The notes under the pieces: model-generated
Seen by the model: only the letters and a program-made list of their open reading frames with translations
The model's database searches: none
What the model was told of the DNA's origin: nothing
Shown: one piece after another, positions 29,757 to 39,602 of the stretch
Layout: each line of letters opens with the position of its first letter
Numbering within the stretch: position 1 is the stretch's first letter
Assembly: GCA_965221695.1 (NCBI GenBank)
Contig: OZ244905.1
Coordinates: forward strand, 1,952,001-2,016,000
Length of the DNA stretch: 64,000 bases
Direction of reading: 5' to 3'
Source of the DNA: Gammaproteobacteria bacterium
Lineage (GTDB): Bacteria; Pseudomonadota; Gammaproteobacteria; Eutrophobiales; Eutrophobiaceae
Translations under genes and position numbers: made by a program

Positions 29757-30845
29757 TCAAAATGCGTATTGCCACCCGGCGGTTACAGTCCAGTCGGTTT
29801 CCATCTGAGGGCCGTTCAGGTCGCGCCGCAACGGTAGACTCAGTTCTACTGCCAGGCGCTGGCCCGTCAGGACTCCGGACTGCCCCATTAGATTGACGCC
29901 GATATTCAGGTCCAGTTCTTTTCCGCCGTAGTGGTCAGGGTTGGCAGTCTGTACCGGTCCGGCAATGCCTGGATCAATGCCGCTTATTGTTCCCAGCGTC
30001 TCGTATTGTAAGCGCGCTGATGTGCTGATGGATGGCTGCCACTGGTAATTCAGCCAGGCGCTCAGGGTATGCTTATCGCCCAATGAGTAACCATTGTCCT
30101 TGCCCAACCTGAACGCGCCCAGATACTGGCTGCCCCAGTACCAATTGCCGGCATGGCCGTTATAGGTAATGCCGGGCAAAAGGTCATATGTGCCGGAACC
30201 CAGTTGCATGGCATACGGCGCTCGAACCGTGGGGCGCGCGCCCATCGGGGTGAGTATCTCGTGGGTCTTTGTAGTGGAGCCGGTGGGAAAACTTATTCCG
30301 GCATTCAAGTGCAAACGATGCGTGCGGTCGTCATACAAACTGATCAAGCCGGACAAGCGGGTATCGCCGATACCGTCGGTCTTTACCCTGAAGTTGCCGC
30401 GCGCGGTTGTTCCGCTTCCCCCCATGTAGGTCGTATGCTCCATATCCTTTTCAATAAACATGCTCATCGCCATCAGGGTCAGCCAATCCGTCGGCGCGTA
30501 CATGGCGCCGAACATATGCATGTCCATGCGCATTCGGGTGGGCGCGATGCGCAAGGTGGGGGGTTGCATCGGACGGCCAAAAAATCGGTTAGGGACAGTG
30601 GTCACGATAGTGTCCGCGTCGATGCTGTCCGTGCCCGCGCGGCTGCCCTGCATTGCCATGTGCATGAACCGATAGCTCAACATGAATTCACCCTTCTGGT
30701 GCATATGGTCGCCCATCATGCCAATAGGAGCATGGTCCGCAGCATTGTTGATGGAGGAGCCGGGCGCGTCCGCGTGCGCTGGTATAATGGAACAGGTCGC
30801 TATCAATAGCGTCAGGGCAATACTTGTATGTGATACGGGTTTCAT
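29757..30845 (-). CDS. Putative outer-membrane beta-barrel transporter with a His/Met-rich N-terminal motif
   Basis: Signal peptide (..PAHA); HAPIGMMGDHMH..GEFMLSYRFMHM; GIGD; QLGSGTYD; C-terminal WQYAF. Confidence 0.75.
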   Translation of the reverse strand: MKPVSHTSIALTLLIATCSIIPAHADAPGSSINNAADHAPIGMMGDHMHQKGEFMLSYRFMHMAMQGSRAGTDSIDADTIVTTVPNRFFGRPMQPPTLRIAPTRMRMDMHMFGAMYAPTDWLTLMAMSMFIEKDMEHTTYMGGSGTTARGNFRVKTDGIGDTRLSGLISLYDDRTHRLHLNAGISFPTGSTTKTHEILTPMGARPTVRAPYAMQLGSGTYDLLPGITYNGHAGNWYWGSQYLGAFRLGKDNGYSLGDKHTLSAWLNYQWQPSISTSARLQYETLGTISGIDPGIAGPVQTANPDHYGGKELDLNIGVNLMGQSGVLTGQRLAVELSLPLRRDLNGPQMETDWTVTAGWQYAF

Positions 30846-30905
30846 GATCCTCTGCGTTAACTGAGACTTGTGATTGATTCTAATCATTGTCAGCCGGAAC
30901 GGGAA

Positions 30906-30922
30906 TGCGACAAATTGTCGCA
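30906..30922. promoter_or_regulatory. RegA/PrrA/RegR-type binding box
   Basis: Perfect palindrome TGCGACAA-A-TTGTCGCA containing GCGAC-N5-GTCGC, between the barrel gene and regB. Confidence 0.75.
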
Positions 30923-31013
30923 GGACAGAAACAGGGTAGCGGGGACAAGCTGAGCGGAAATAAGGTAGTATTCAGGAAGCTCTGACATAATCTGCGTCTC
31001 CTTTATTGTTCCC

Positions 31014-32264
31014 ATGTTGAATAACCTGAAATATCTGCTGTTGATCCGTTTTATTGCCATCGGCGGACAAATGTTGGCGATGTTGCTCCTGCGGCAGGTG
31101 TTCGCCGTTGAAATACCTGCCAAGCCTGTAGTGTGGATCATCATTGCGCTGGCGTTGTTCACGCTTGTATCCTGGTTGCGCCTGCGCGGTCGGGAGGAGC
31201 TTCCTGATTGGATGTTCCTGGGGCAATTACTGGTCGATGTGGCGGCTTTGACCTTCCTGGTTTACTTCACCGGCGGTTCTGCCAACCCGTTCATCTTCCT
31301 GTTTATCCTGCCGGTTATTTTTGCCGCGGCCAGTATCCGTCCGATTTTTACCACCCTGGTTGCGTTGTCGGCAGCGCTTGGTTACACGTTGCTGATGTTC
31401 TTTCACGTTCCGATAGGCGAACCCTACTCAGGACATAACGCGGCACAGTTGCACGTCTGGGGTATGTGGTATGGATTCATTCTGAGCGCCGGCCTGGTCG
31501 CGTTGTTCGTATCCCGGATCGCCAGCGCCTTGAGGCAGCGGGACCGTGCCCTGTCGGCGGCGCGGGAAGACGCGTTACGGGCTGAACAGGCGGTAACTCT
31601 CGGCACTCTGGCCGCGGGCACTGCCCATGAACTGGGCACGCCACTATCGACCATGGCGGCGTTGGCCCGGGACATGCAGGATCAGTATGCTGATCGTCCG
31701 GAATTAAGCGACGATCTGAAACTGATGCGAGAACAACTGGACCGATGTAAGTCCATACTGGCTGAAATGGCGTCCGACGCCGGCCAGTTGCAGGCGGATT
31801 CAGGCCATATCGTCTCTGTGGAAGAATTTTTGCATGACCTGTTCGAGGCGTGGAAAATAAACCGTCATAATGCGCTCATTGATATTGACTGTCACGGTGT
31901 CCGGCCAGCGCCGCTGATCATCGCAGACAAATCACTGGGGCAGGCAGTGACCAACATATTGAACAATGCGGCGGATGCATACCGCTCACGTATTCAATTG
32001 ACGGGAAACTGGACGGCCGACAGCCTGATGATTCGCGTTGTCGACGATGGACGGGGCATTCCGGAAGATTACCAATCGAAATTGGGCAATAGGATACTGG
32101 GGAGCAGACCGGCAGACAAGGGCCTGGGTATCGGCCTGTTCTTGGCGCAAACTACGCTGAAACGGCTGGGCGGGGAAATAACATTCACCAACCTGCCGTC
32201 CGACGGATTGCGCACACAGATTGAACTACCACTGAACAGGATACTGGTTCGGGATGGTGGGTAA
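31014..32264 (+). CDS. regB: RegB/PrrB-family sensor histidine kinase
   Basis: TGGSANPF membrane motif; AHELGTPL H-box; G.GIGLFL G-box. Confidence 0.9.
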   Translation: MLNNLKYLLLIRFIAIGGQMLAMLLLRQVFAVEIPAKPVVWIIIALALFTLVSWLRLRGREELPDWMFLGQLLVDVAALTFLVYFTGGSANPFIFLFILPVIFAAASIRPIFTTLVALSAALGYTLLMFFHVPIGEPYSGHNAAQLHVWGMWYGFILSAGLVALFVSRIASALRQRDRALSAAREDALRAEQAVTLGTLAAGTAHELGTPLSTMAALARDMQDQYADRPELSDDLKLMREQLDRCKSILAEMASDAGQLQADSGHIVSVEEFLHDLFEAWKINRHNALIDIDCHGVRPAPLIIADKSLGQAVTNILNNAADAYRSRIQLTGNWTADSLMIRVVDDGRGIPEDYQSKLGNRILGSRPADKGLGIGLFLAQTTLKRLGGEITFTNLPSDGLRTQIELPLNRILVRDGG

Positions 32265-32803
32265 TGCAGAATGACCGCAAACTTCTGCTGGTCGACGACG
32301 ATGACGTCTATTGCGGCATCCTGGCGCGGGCGCTGACCCGGCGCGGGTTGGATGTGTCTGTCGCATACAACCGGCAGGATGCCCTGGTTCGCGCCACTGC
32401 AACTGTTCCGGACCTGGCTGTGGTAGACCTGCGCATCGGCGCTGATTCAGGTCTCGAACTGATCCCGGAGTTGCTTGGCGTCAATCCAACGGCGCGCATC
32501 ATCGTTTTGACCGGGTATGCAAGCATCTCCACCGCGGTGGAGGCTATTAAGCTGGGAGCCGTTCAGTACCTGACCAAACCGGCCGATGCGGATGATATCC
32601 TGACAGCAATCCAACGCGAAACAGGCGCGCCACAGGTGGCGGTTCGGGACAGACCGTTACCCCTGGCCAGACTGGAATGGGAACACATTCAGAGGACTCT
32701 GGCAGAGTGTGATGGAAATATTTCGGCGACCGCGCGCCGGCTTGGCATGCACCGGCGCACTCTGCAAAGAAAACTCCAAAAACGCCCTGTCAGGATTGGT
32801 TGA
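32264..32803 (+). CDS. regA: RegA/PrrA-family response regulator
   Basis: LTGYASISTAVEAIKLGA; WEHIQR.L....GNISATARRLGMHRRTLQRKL. Confidence 0.93.
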   Translation: MQNDRKLLLVDDDDVYCGILARALTRRGLDVSVAYNRQDALVRATATVPDLAVVDLRIGADSGLELIPELLGVNPTARIIVLTGYASISTAVEAIKLGAVQYLTKPADADDILTAIQRETGAPQVAVRDRPLPLARLEWEHIQRTLAECDGNISATARRLGMHRRTLQRKLQKRPVRIG

Positions 32804-32837
32804 GCCTGATGCGCCGCCCTAGTACTAGGGGGGTATT

Positions 32838-33704
32838 CTACCCTCTCAAATCCGGGTTAAGCTTAACCTTAATATTATCTATCAGCCGGGCCGAGCCCAG
32901 CCATGCGGCGGCAAGAATGGACAAGCGCGTATCCTGCCCGGCCGGCAACATGAGGTCTTCGGCGCGCCGGATACTGACATATTCGGCTCTGAAGCCCGCC
33001 TTCTCCAACCTGCGCATTGCCGATTTTTCAATTTCATCCAGGCTTTTCCCGGCTCTTCGCAAATCATCTGCGGCGGCCTTCAGGGTACGGTAAATCTCCG
33101 GCGCCTTGCGTCGCTCATCCGGCGTCAGGTAGGCGTTGCGGGAACTCATCGCCAAACCGTCGTGTTCGCGCACGATGGGCAGGCCGATGATCTCCACCGG
33201 CAGGCACAAATCCCGCGCCAAGCGTTTGATGACCAGCAGTTGCTGGTAATCCTTTTCGCCGAACAAGGCCAGGTCCGGCTGCGCATTACAGAGCAGTTTC
33301 GCCACCACGGTGGCCACTCCGGAGAAATGGCCGGGCCTGAATTCGCCGCACAGAATGTTCGACAATTCGGGCACGTTGACACGGGTATCGGCATCGGTGC
33401 CGCCGGGATATAGCGCTTCCAGGTCAGGTGTGAACAACAGGTCAAGCCCGTGCTTTTCCAGTTTGTTCTTGTCTTCGGCCAGGGCGCTGGGGTATCTCTC
33501 GTAATCCTCGCCTTTGCCGAATTGTATGGGGTTGACAAAAATACTCACAATGGTGCGATGCGCGCGCTCAGAGGCGTGATTAAGCAACGAAATATGCCCA
33601 TCATGCAGGTTGCCCATAGTGGGGACCAGGGCGATGGTATGCCCTGCCCGCTTCCACCTGCTGACAACCGCGCGCAACCCATGCAGGGTGGACACGGTTT
33701 CCAT
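32838..33704 (-). CDS. panC: Pantoate-beta-alanine ligase (upstream start at 33764 also possible)
   Basis: VPTMGNLHDGH, SIFVNP.QF, FGEKDYQQ, GLAMSSRN, RLIDN. Confidence 0.97.
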   Translation of the reverse strand: METVSTLHGLRAVVSRWKRAGHTIALVPTMGNLHDGHISLLNHASERAHRTIVSIFVNPIQFGKGEDYERYPSALAEDKNKLEKHGLDLLFTPDLEALYPGGTDADTRVNVPELSNILCGEFRPGHFSGVATVVAKLLCNAQPDLALFGEKDYQQLLVIKRLARDLCLPVEIIGLPIVREHDGLAMSSRNAYLTPDERRKAPEIYRTLKAAADDLRRAGKSLDEIEKSAMRRLEKAGFRAEYVSIRRAEDLMLPAGQDTRLSILAAAWLGSARLIDNIKVKLNPDLRG

Positions 33705-33806
33705 GATAGGCGTCCCGCTGAAGGGCGCGGTAATATGTTTGTGCGCGATTTGTGGCTCTGACATAGTCGCTCCCGGATCAGTAACCTGATAAAACCAAAC
33801 CTTTCA

Positions 33807-34604
33807 TTATTTAAACGAATGCTCCGACCCGGGAAACTCGCCGGCCTTCACCGCGCGCGCGTATTCCCGAACAGCCGCCTGGATAGACCCGACGCCAGCC
33901 AGAAAATTTTTTGCCATGCGCGGACTACGCGCAGTAATGCCCAGCAAATCATAGAGCACGAGCACCTGCCCGTCACAGTTTGCGCCCGCGCCGATACCTA
34001 TGGTGGGGATCGTCAGATCATTAGTAATATGCTCGGCAAGGCCGGCTGGAATGCATTCCAGCACCAACATGCATGCGCCGGCAGCTTCCAGGGCGCGGGC
34101 GCCGGCTATAATGCGTTCGGCCTGTTGTTTGTCCCTGCCCTGGACCTTGTATCCCCCATACTCCCTGATAGACTGCGGTTGCAGGCCGACATGGCCGCAA
34201 ACCGGTATGCCCTGATCAACCAAGGCCGCTACAGAGGCTGCATGTTCCTCTCCGCCTTCCAGCTTCACTACCTCGGCTTCGCCTTCCTCCACCAATCTGC
34301 GGGCATTTTCACAGGCCGCTGTTGCTGTCTCATAACTACGGTACGGCATGTCCACCACCAGCAACGCCCGCCGGCAGGCTCGGCTGACCATCCTACTGTG
34401 ATAAATCATGTCATTCATGGAAACGCTCAACGTGTCTTCCATACCCTGTAACGCCATGCCCAACGAGTCGCCCACCAGGGTGATTTCCACCCCGGCCGCA
34501 TCCAGTATTTCGGCAAAACCCGCATCATATGCGGTCAGACCGACGATTTTGTCGCCGGCCTGTTTCATCTTGCGCAATCGGGCAATGGTGACTTTTTCGA
34601 TCAT
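33807..34604 (-). CDS. panB: 3-methyl-2-oxobutanoate hydroxymethyltransferase
   Basis: LTAYD, LVGDSLG, VKLEGG, TIGIGAG..CDGQVLV. Confidence 0.97.
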   Translation of the reverse strand: MIEKVTIARLRKMKQAGDKIVGLTAYDAGFAEILDAAGVEITLVGDSLGMALQGMEDTLSVSMNDMIYHSRMVSRACRRALLVVDMPYRSYETATAACENARRLVEEGEAEVVKLEGGEEHAASVAALVDQGIPVCGHVGLQPQSIREYGGYKVQGRDKQQAERIIAGARALEAAGACMLVLECIPAGLAEHITNDLTIPTIGIGAGANCDGQVLVLYDLLGITARSPRMAKNFLAGVGSIQAAVREYARAVKAGEFPGSEHSFK

Positions 34605-35248
34605 AATTCCTGGGGATTGAAATAATGCCGCCCGGGTCTGAGCTTGTCCAGGTAATTCAGCAACATATCATAGTCGCCGCGCTTGGCGCTGAAATCCATG
34701 TCCGTCGAATTCACGATGAGTAACGATGATGCGTCATAATGATAGAAAAATTCGGTGTATCCGTCCGAAATCTTATGCAGGTACTCCCTGTCTATCTTAA
34801 TCTCCGGGACTCCGTTTTTTTCCCGGATCCGTTTTGCCATTACATCCACGGAAGATTGCAGGTAAATCACCAGGTCGGGAATGGGGATGCTTCCGACCAG
34901 CAAGTGGTAAACCTGGTAATACAAATCCAGTTCGTCGTGACTCAATGTGGCTTCGGCGAATAATCTGTGCGCCTGGATCAGGAAGTCCGAGACGCTGCTG
35001 GTCAGAAAAAGGTCTCCCTGGCGCAGTCCGCGCGCTTGTTTGACATGTTCAAACAAAAAATGCAGTTGCGCCGATAAGGCGGCTGTTCCAGGACGCAGGT
35101 ACATCTCAGGCATAAATGGATTGGCGGTGATGCGCTCCAGTAGCAGGGCATCGTCCAAGGTGTCTGCGAGGCGTCTTGCCAGCGCGGTCTTGCCAACGCC
35201 GATCGGGCCTTCTACGACGATATATTTGAATTTCTGTTCAGTCCGCAT
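34601..35248 (-). CDS. Deoxynucleoside kinase
   Basis: VEGPIGVGKT P-loop; PDLVIYLQ; conserved position between folK and panB. Confidence 0.9.
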   Translation of the reverse strand: MRTEQKFKYIVVEGPIGVGKTALARRLADTLDDALLLERITANPFMPEMYLRPGTAALSAQLHFLFEHVKQARGLRQGDLFLTSSVSDFLIQAHRLFAEATLSHDELDLYYQVYHLLVGSIPIPDLVIYLQSSVDVMAKRIREKNGVPEIKIDREYLHKISDGYTEFFYHYDASSLLIVNSTDMDFSAKRGDYDMLLNYLDKLRPGRHYFNPQEL

Positions 35249-35359
35249 TTCTCGCCAATTCGCTAGTCAGAATAAGAAAAAATTTATTATGGAAGCTCTG
35301 ACTTAATCAGCGGTTTTTTATCAATAAGTAATGATATTATTCCAGATGCGTGGCGCGGG

Positions 35360-35860
35360 TTAACCCGCATCGGCGCGCCTCCGATCCAGCTTTGTGATGC
35401 CCGCGTGACCGATCATGGCCAACAGTTGATCCGCCCTGCCAAGTCCCGGAATTTCGAGGTCGGGCGCCAATTCCAGCAACGGCGCCAGAACAAAGTTACG
35501 ATGCCTGATTCCGGGGTGCGGCACGGACAATTCGGGTTCCTCAATGATCTGGTTGCCATACAGCAACAGGTCCAGATCCAGAGTGCGCGGTCCCCATTTT
35601 TGTCCGTTCCGGGTCCGTCCTTGGCGGTTTTCAATCAACTGCAATTGTCGCAACAATTGTCCTGCCATCATGCTTGAATTGAGCAGCGCAACGGCGTTCA
35701 CGAAATCAGGCTGCTCACTCGGACCCAGCGGCAAGCTACGGTAGAATGAGGAATATTTCACCAGGCGCGTGTCCGGAATACCATCCAGAGCCGCCAAAGC
35801 CGAATCCAACTGCCATTCCGGGTTGTCCAGATTACTGCCCAACCCGATGTAACTTTCCAT
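35360..35860 (-). CDS. folK: HPPK (folate biosynthesis)
   Basis: YIGLGSNL, WGPRTLDLDLL, L.VPHP. Confidence 0.96.
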   Translation of the reverse strand: MESYIGLGSNLDNPEWQLDSALAALDGIPDTRLVKYSSFYRSLPLGPSEQPDFVNAVALLNSSMMAGQLLRQLQLIENRQGRTRNGQKWGPRTLDLDLLLYGNQIIEEPELSVPHPGIRHRNFVLAPLLELAPDLEIPGLGRADQLLAMIGHAGITKLDRRRADAG

Positions 35861-35900
35861 TCCTCATACCTGGCATACCAAACCGCTTTTATATATCTAA

Positions 35901-35927
35901 GGAAACTCTGACTTAATCAGAGTTTCC
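35901..35927. repeat. Collapsed 27-bp IS5-like palindromic element with CTAA duplication
   Basis: CTAA-GGAAACTCTGA-CTTAA-TCAGAGTTTCC-CTAA. Confidence 0.85.
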
Positions 35928-37226
35928 CTAACCTGTATTCCGCGCTTTGGGCCGCCTGCGCCGGTTTCGTTTGTTCCGGGACTGGCTATTTTGAGCAGGG
36001 TTGTTCTGTTGAAACTCGGTCCACCATTGCGCCAACTCGTTGACATCTTCCCCGGATTCCGCCCGAAGAAGCAAAAAATCGTAAGCTGCCCGAAACCGGA
36101 GGTTGTTGAGCAGCCGGTGCGGCCGGCGGTTCACGCTCCGTTCCAGACGCGGTTGCATTTGCCAGATATCCCGCGCCAAACGCGTAAAGCGGCGCGGGAC
36201 CGCGATAGAGCGGGTTTGCCTGGAGATTACAATGTCTCCAGCTAGCGCGATGGCGTCGATTTCACTCATGCCCTGAGCCATATGGCGCCGCGCCAGTTTA
36301 TCCATGGGCAACCATAGCAGAGCGGCGAGCAGAAACCCCGGTGTTACCGGTTTGTTTTGCGCCAGTCGGCTGTCGGTATTACGCAAGGCGTTGGCGACGA
36401 ACGTATAGGGAAATCCGCCGCGCTGGTCCGTGAGCGCCTCTTCGGTCTGTGGAAACAACTCCTTGAACAGCTCACAACGACGCAATTGTTCAAAGGTCTG
36501 CAAAGCATAACCGCTAAAAAACAGTTTCAGACATTCTTCAAACAAGCGCGCGGTAGAAATTTCTCCTAACGAGGGAGCCAGTTTGGATATATGTGCTTCG
36601 GTGTCAGGGCCGAGCCTGAAACCCAGTTTGGTCGCAAACCGCACTGCCCGCAACAGCCGCACCGGATCTTCCACAAAACGCCGGCGCGGGTCGCCGATTA
36701 GCCGGATACAACCGGATTTGATATCGCGCATGCCGTTGACATAGTCCACTACCGACTCATCAACGATATTATAATACAAGGCATTTACGGTGAAATCCCG
36801 GCGCCATACATCTTCGTCGATGGAACCGTAAACGTTATCGCGCACAATCCGGCCGTCGACAACGTGCCCTGCGCCATGATCGTCATCGTGAGGCGCCCGG
36901 AAAGTAGAGACCTCCACGACCTCATTGCCAAAACGCACATGAGCTAGCCGGAAACGACGCCCGATCAGCCTGCTGTTCCGAAACAGCTCTCTTACCTGTT
37001 GTGGTGTAGCGTCCGTCACCACGTCGAAATCTTTAGGTTCGCGCCCCAACAGCAGATCGCGTACGCTGCCTCCGACCAGGTAACCGGCATAGCCGGCATT
37101 TTTTAGACGATACAAGACTTTCAGCGCTCCTTCGCTGATGTTTTTCGTCGAGATATTATGCTGTTCGCTGGGAATGATTGTCGGCTGTGGACGCAGGTAT
37201 GAAACTTTCTCTTGGCTTTTGTTCAT
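35928..37226 (-). CDS. pcnB: Poly(A) polymerase I
   Basis: LVGGSVRDLLLG..PKDFD, IGRRFRLAHV, RRDFTVNALYY, FRAAYDFLLLR. Confidence 0.96.
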   Translation of the reverse strand: MNKSQEKVSYLRPQPTIIPSEQHNISTKNISEGALKVLYRLKNAGYAGYLVGGSVRDLLLGREPKDFDVVTDATPQQVRELFRNSRLIGRRFRLAHVRFGNEVVEVSTFRAPHDDDHGAGHVVDGRIVRDNVYGSIDEDVWRRDFTVNALYYNIVDESVVDYVNGMRDIKSGCIRLIGDPRRRFVEDPVRLLRAVRFATKLGFRLGPDTEAHISKLAPSLGEISTARLFEECLKLFFSGYALQTFEQLRRCELFKELFPQTEEALTDQRGGFPYTFVANALRNTDSRLAQNKPVTPGFLLAALLWLPMDKLARRHMAQGMSEIDAIALAGDIVISRQTRSIAVPRRFTRLARDIWQMQPRLERSVNRRPHRLLNNLRFRAAYDFLLLRAESGEDVNELAQWWTEFQQNNPAQNSQSRNKRNRRRRPKARNTG

Positions 37227-37255
37227 GAAGCAGTATTATAATGATTTGTATGTTC

Positions 37256-37331
37256 GCTCCCTTCGTCTAGTGGCCCAGGACGCTGGCCTCTCACGCCGGA
37301 AACAGGGGTTCGATTCCCCTAGGGAGCGCCA
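37256..37331 (+). tRNA. tRNA-Glu (CTC)
   Basis: GCTCCCT / AGGGAGC-GCCA acceptor; anticodon arm CTGGC-CTCTCAC-GCCGG; GGTTCGATTCC. Confidence 0.95.
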
Positions 37332-37385
37332 ATTGATTTAAGCAAGCAGTTTTGTGAATTTCGCGTGTTTTCTTCCTGTCAGCCA

Positions 37386-38345
37386 TTACTTTCGGGAGAA
37401 ATTCGCATTCAGCATGGTCTGCATGGCGGTGATCACAATTTCCGGTTGGTCAAGGTGGATTACATGCCCGCTGCGTTCCGCAATCAAGTGTACCGGGTTG
37501 ACTCCAAGCTGGGACAACTCGTCCTGCAACTCCATCCAGACACGTTCCGTCTCATGCCAAAAGGTATTATTCGGCCAGAAGCTTCGCCCGCGGGTCAGCA
37601 CCACAACCGGCACCTCAGGCATCGGCCGGGATACTTGTACTTGTTTGGCGCTGACTGAGAATACCTTCATTTCCTCGCGCCAGGTCATCTTGTGATTCCA
37701 ACTCTGCATGATACGTTGAGCCATCAGCGCATTCTCATCGGGAAAGTTGGGATGGGGGAAATGCCAGGTTACAACATAGCTGTTCGACCCAGGCTTGACC
37801 CGCTTCATGGTTCCCGGTTCAGGGCCCGGCAATCGCTCTATCTGTTCCGGATGGGAGGCGTCGATCAAAACCAGTCCCGCGGTCTCATCCGGGTAGTTTC
37901 GCGCAAATAGCTGCGCGTTGTAACCTCCGAACGAATGGCCGGCAATAATGTAAGGACCGGCCACTTCAGCCTTCTCCAACAAGGTATGCAGCTCCCGGGT
38001 GATTCGTTTGCTGGTTCTCGGCAGTGGGCCGGGGTCACTCCAACCATAGCCTGCCCGATCATATGAGCATACCCGGGTGCGGCGAGCCAGGACTTTCTGA
38101 ACTTCGGACCATTCCAGCGAGAAACCACCGACTCCTGAATCGAAGATGATGGTGGGCGCGCCCGCGCCTGCGCAATATATATGCAGGCGATAGCCGCCGA
38201 TATCCACCAATCTGCCCGGAATGGCGGACTTGGGCGCGGCGGGAGACGCGGCAAGCTGCGCGCTGAAGGCTAACGATAGCGCGACTGCCGACCAGCCCAG
38301 GATGAAAATACGGCGCAGGAATTGGCACAACAAATTTATATTCAT
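37386..38345 (-). CDS. Exported alpha/beta hydrolase
   Basis: YDRAGYGWS, GHSFGG nucleophile elbow, SGHVIH; N-terminal hydrophobic signal. Confidence 0.88.
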   Translation of the reverse strand: MNINLLCQFLRRIFILGWSAVALSLAFSAQLAASPAAPKSAIPGRLVDIGGYRLHIYCAGAGAPTIIFDSGVGGFSLEWSEVQKVLARRTRVCSYDRAGYGWSDPGPLPRTSKRITRELHTLLEKAEVAGPYIIAGHSFGGYNAQLFARNYPDETAGLVLIDASHPEQIERLPGPEPGTMKRVKPGSNSYVVTWHFPHPNFPDENALMAQRIMQSWNHKMTWREEMKVFSVSAKQVQVSRPMPEVPVVVLTRGRSFWPNNTFWHETERVWMELQDELSQLGVNPVHLIAERSGHVIHLDQPEIVITAMQTMLNANFSRK

Positions 38346-38432
38346 GCCTCTATAATAACATGAGAATGGTTGGGCGCCTGCGTAACCTGCATAGAGCAGG
38401 GTTTCAAAAAATCTCATATACAGTATAACCAG

Positions 38433-39602
38433 ATGCAGACACAAGTGGTAATAATCGGGGGTGGGCCGGCAGGTCTGCTGCTGTCGCAGATGTTACAACT
38501 GCGAGGAGTGGATAGCATTGTGCTGGAGTTGCGTTCTCGCGCCTATGTGCTGCAACGCATTCGCGCCGGCTTGCTTGAATGGGGCTCTGTTGAGATACTG
38601 CGCGGCGCGGGAGTAGGCGAGCGCCTTGACCGTGAGGGCTTTTTTCACGACGGCTCGATGATCGTCTGGGCCGGCGCAAGACAATGTCTGATCGATACCC
38701 GGAAGTACGCCGGCAGACAGATGGTCGCCTACGGCCAGACCAATATTACCGAAGACCTGTATGCGGCCCGTGACGCCATGGGAGGGACGATCATTGATGA
38801 GGCGCGGGATGTCACGCCTCATGCCATCGATACGGACAAACCCTGGGTCAGCTTTGTCAAGGATGGATTGGAGCAACGCATCGATTGCGATTTCATAGCC
38901 GGTTGCGACGGCTCCTATGGCGTCAGCAGGAAAGCCATTCCCACTTCTGTGCTGCGCACCTATGAAAAAGTGTATCCGTTCGGCTGGTTGGGGATCATGT
39001 CTGAAACACCGCCATTGTCAGATGTGATCTATGCCAACCACCCGCGCGGTTTCGCCCTGGCATCGCAACGCAACCCCATGCTCAGTCGCTATTACATACA
39101 GTGCGAGATAAACGCGGACATTGCCGATTGGCCCGATGACCGGTTCTGGCCGGAATTGAAAGCGCGCTTTCCCCGGGACATCGCAGATGCCATCGCTACC
39201 GGACCGTCTATAGAAAAATCTATCGCACCGTTGCGCAGTTTCGTGGCCGAACCGATGAGCTACGGCCGTTTGTACCTGGCCGGCGACGCTGCCCATATTG
39301 TGCCGCCGACCGGCGCCAAGGGTTTGAACCTCGCTATTTCGGATGTGTATTATCTGTCGCGCGCGCTAGCCGCGTTCTATCATGACAATGATATGGCAAA
39401 ACTGGACGGTTATTCGCGGACAGCTTTGAAACGGGTTTGGGGGGCCGTGCGCATCTCCTGGCGCCTGACCAATCTCTTACACCGCTTTCCGAACCAGGAT
39501 GAGTTTGACCTGCGTATGCAGGAGAACGAACTCGAGCGTCTGGCTGATTCAGAAGCGGCCATGCGCGATCTTGCAGAGCAATACATTGGCTTGCCGCTCT
39601 GA
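38433..39602 (+). CDS. pobA: 4-hydroxybenzoate 3-monooxygenase
   Basis: GGGPAGL, RIRAG.LE, YGQT, AGCDG, YPFGWLG, GDAAHIVPPTGAKGLN, AE.YIGLP. Confidence 0.93.
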   Translation: MQTQVVIIGGGPAGLLLSQMLQLRGVDSIVLELRSRAYVLQRIRAGLLEWGSVEILRGAGVGERLDREGFFHDGSMIVWAGARQCLIDTRKYAGRQMVAYGQTNITEDLYAARDAMGGTIIDEARDVTPHAIDTDKPWVSFVKDGLEQRIDCDFIAGCDGSYGVSRKAIPTSVLRTYEKVYPFGWLGIMSETPPLSDVIYANHPRGFALASQRNPMLSRYYIQCEINADIADWPDDRFWPELKARFPRDIADAIATGPSIEKSIAPLRSFVAEPMSYGRLYLAGDAAHIVPPTGAKGLNLAISDVYYLSRALAAFYHDNDMAKLDGYSRTALKRVWGAVRISWRLTNLLHRFPNQDEFDLRMQENELERLADSEAAMRDLAEQYIGLPL

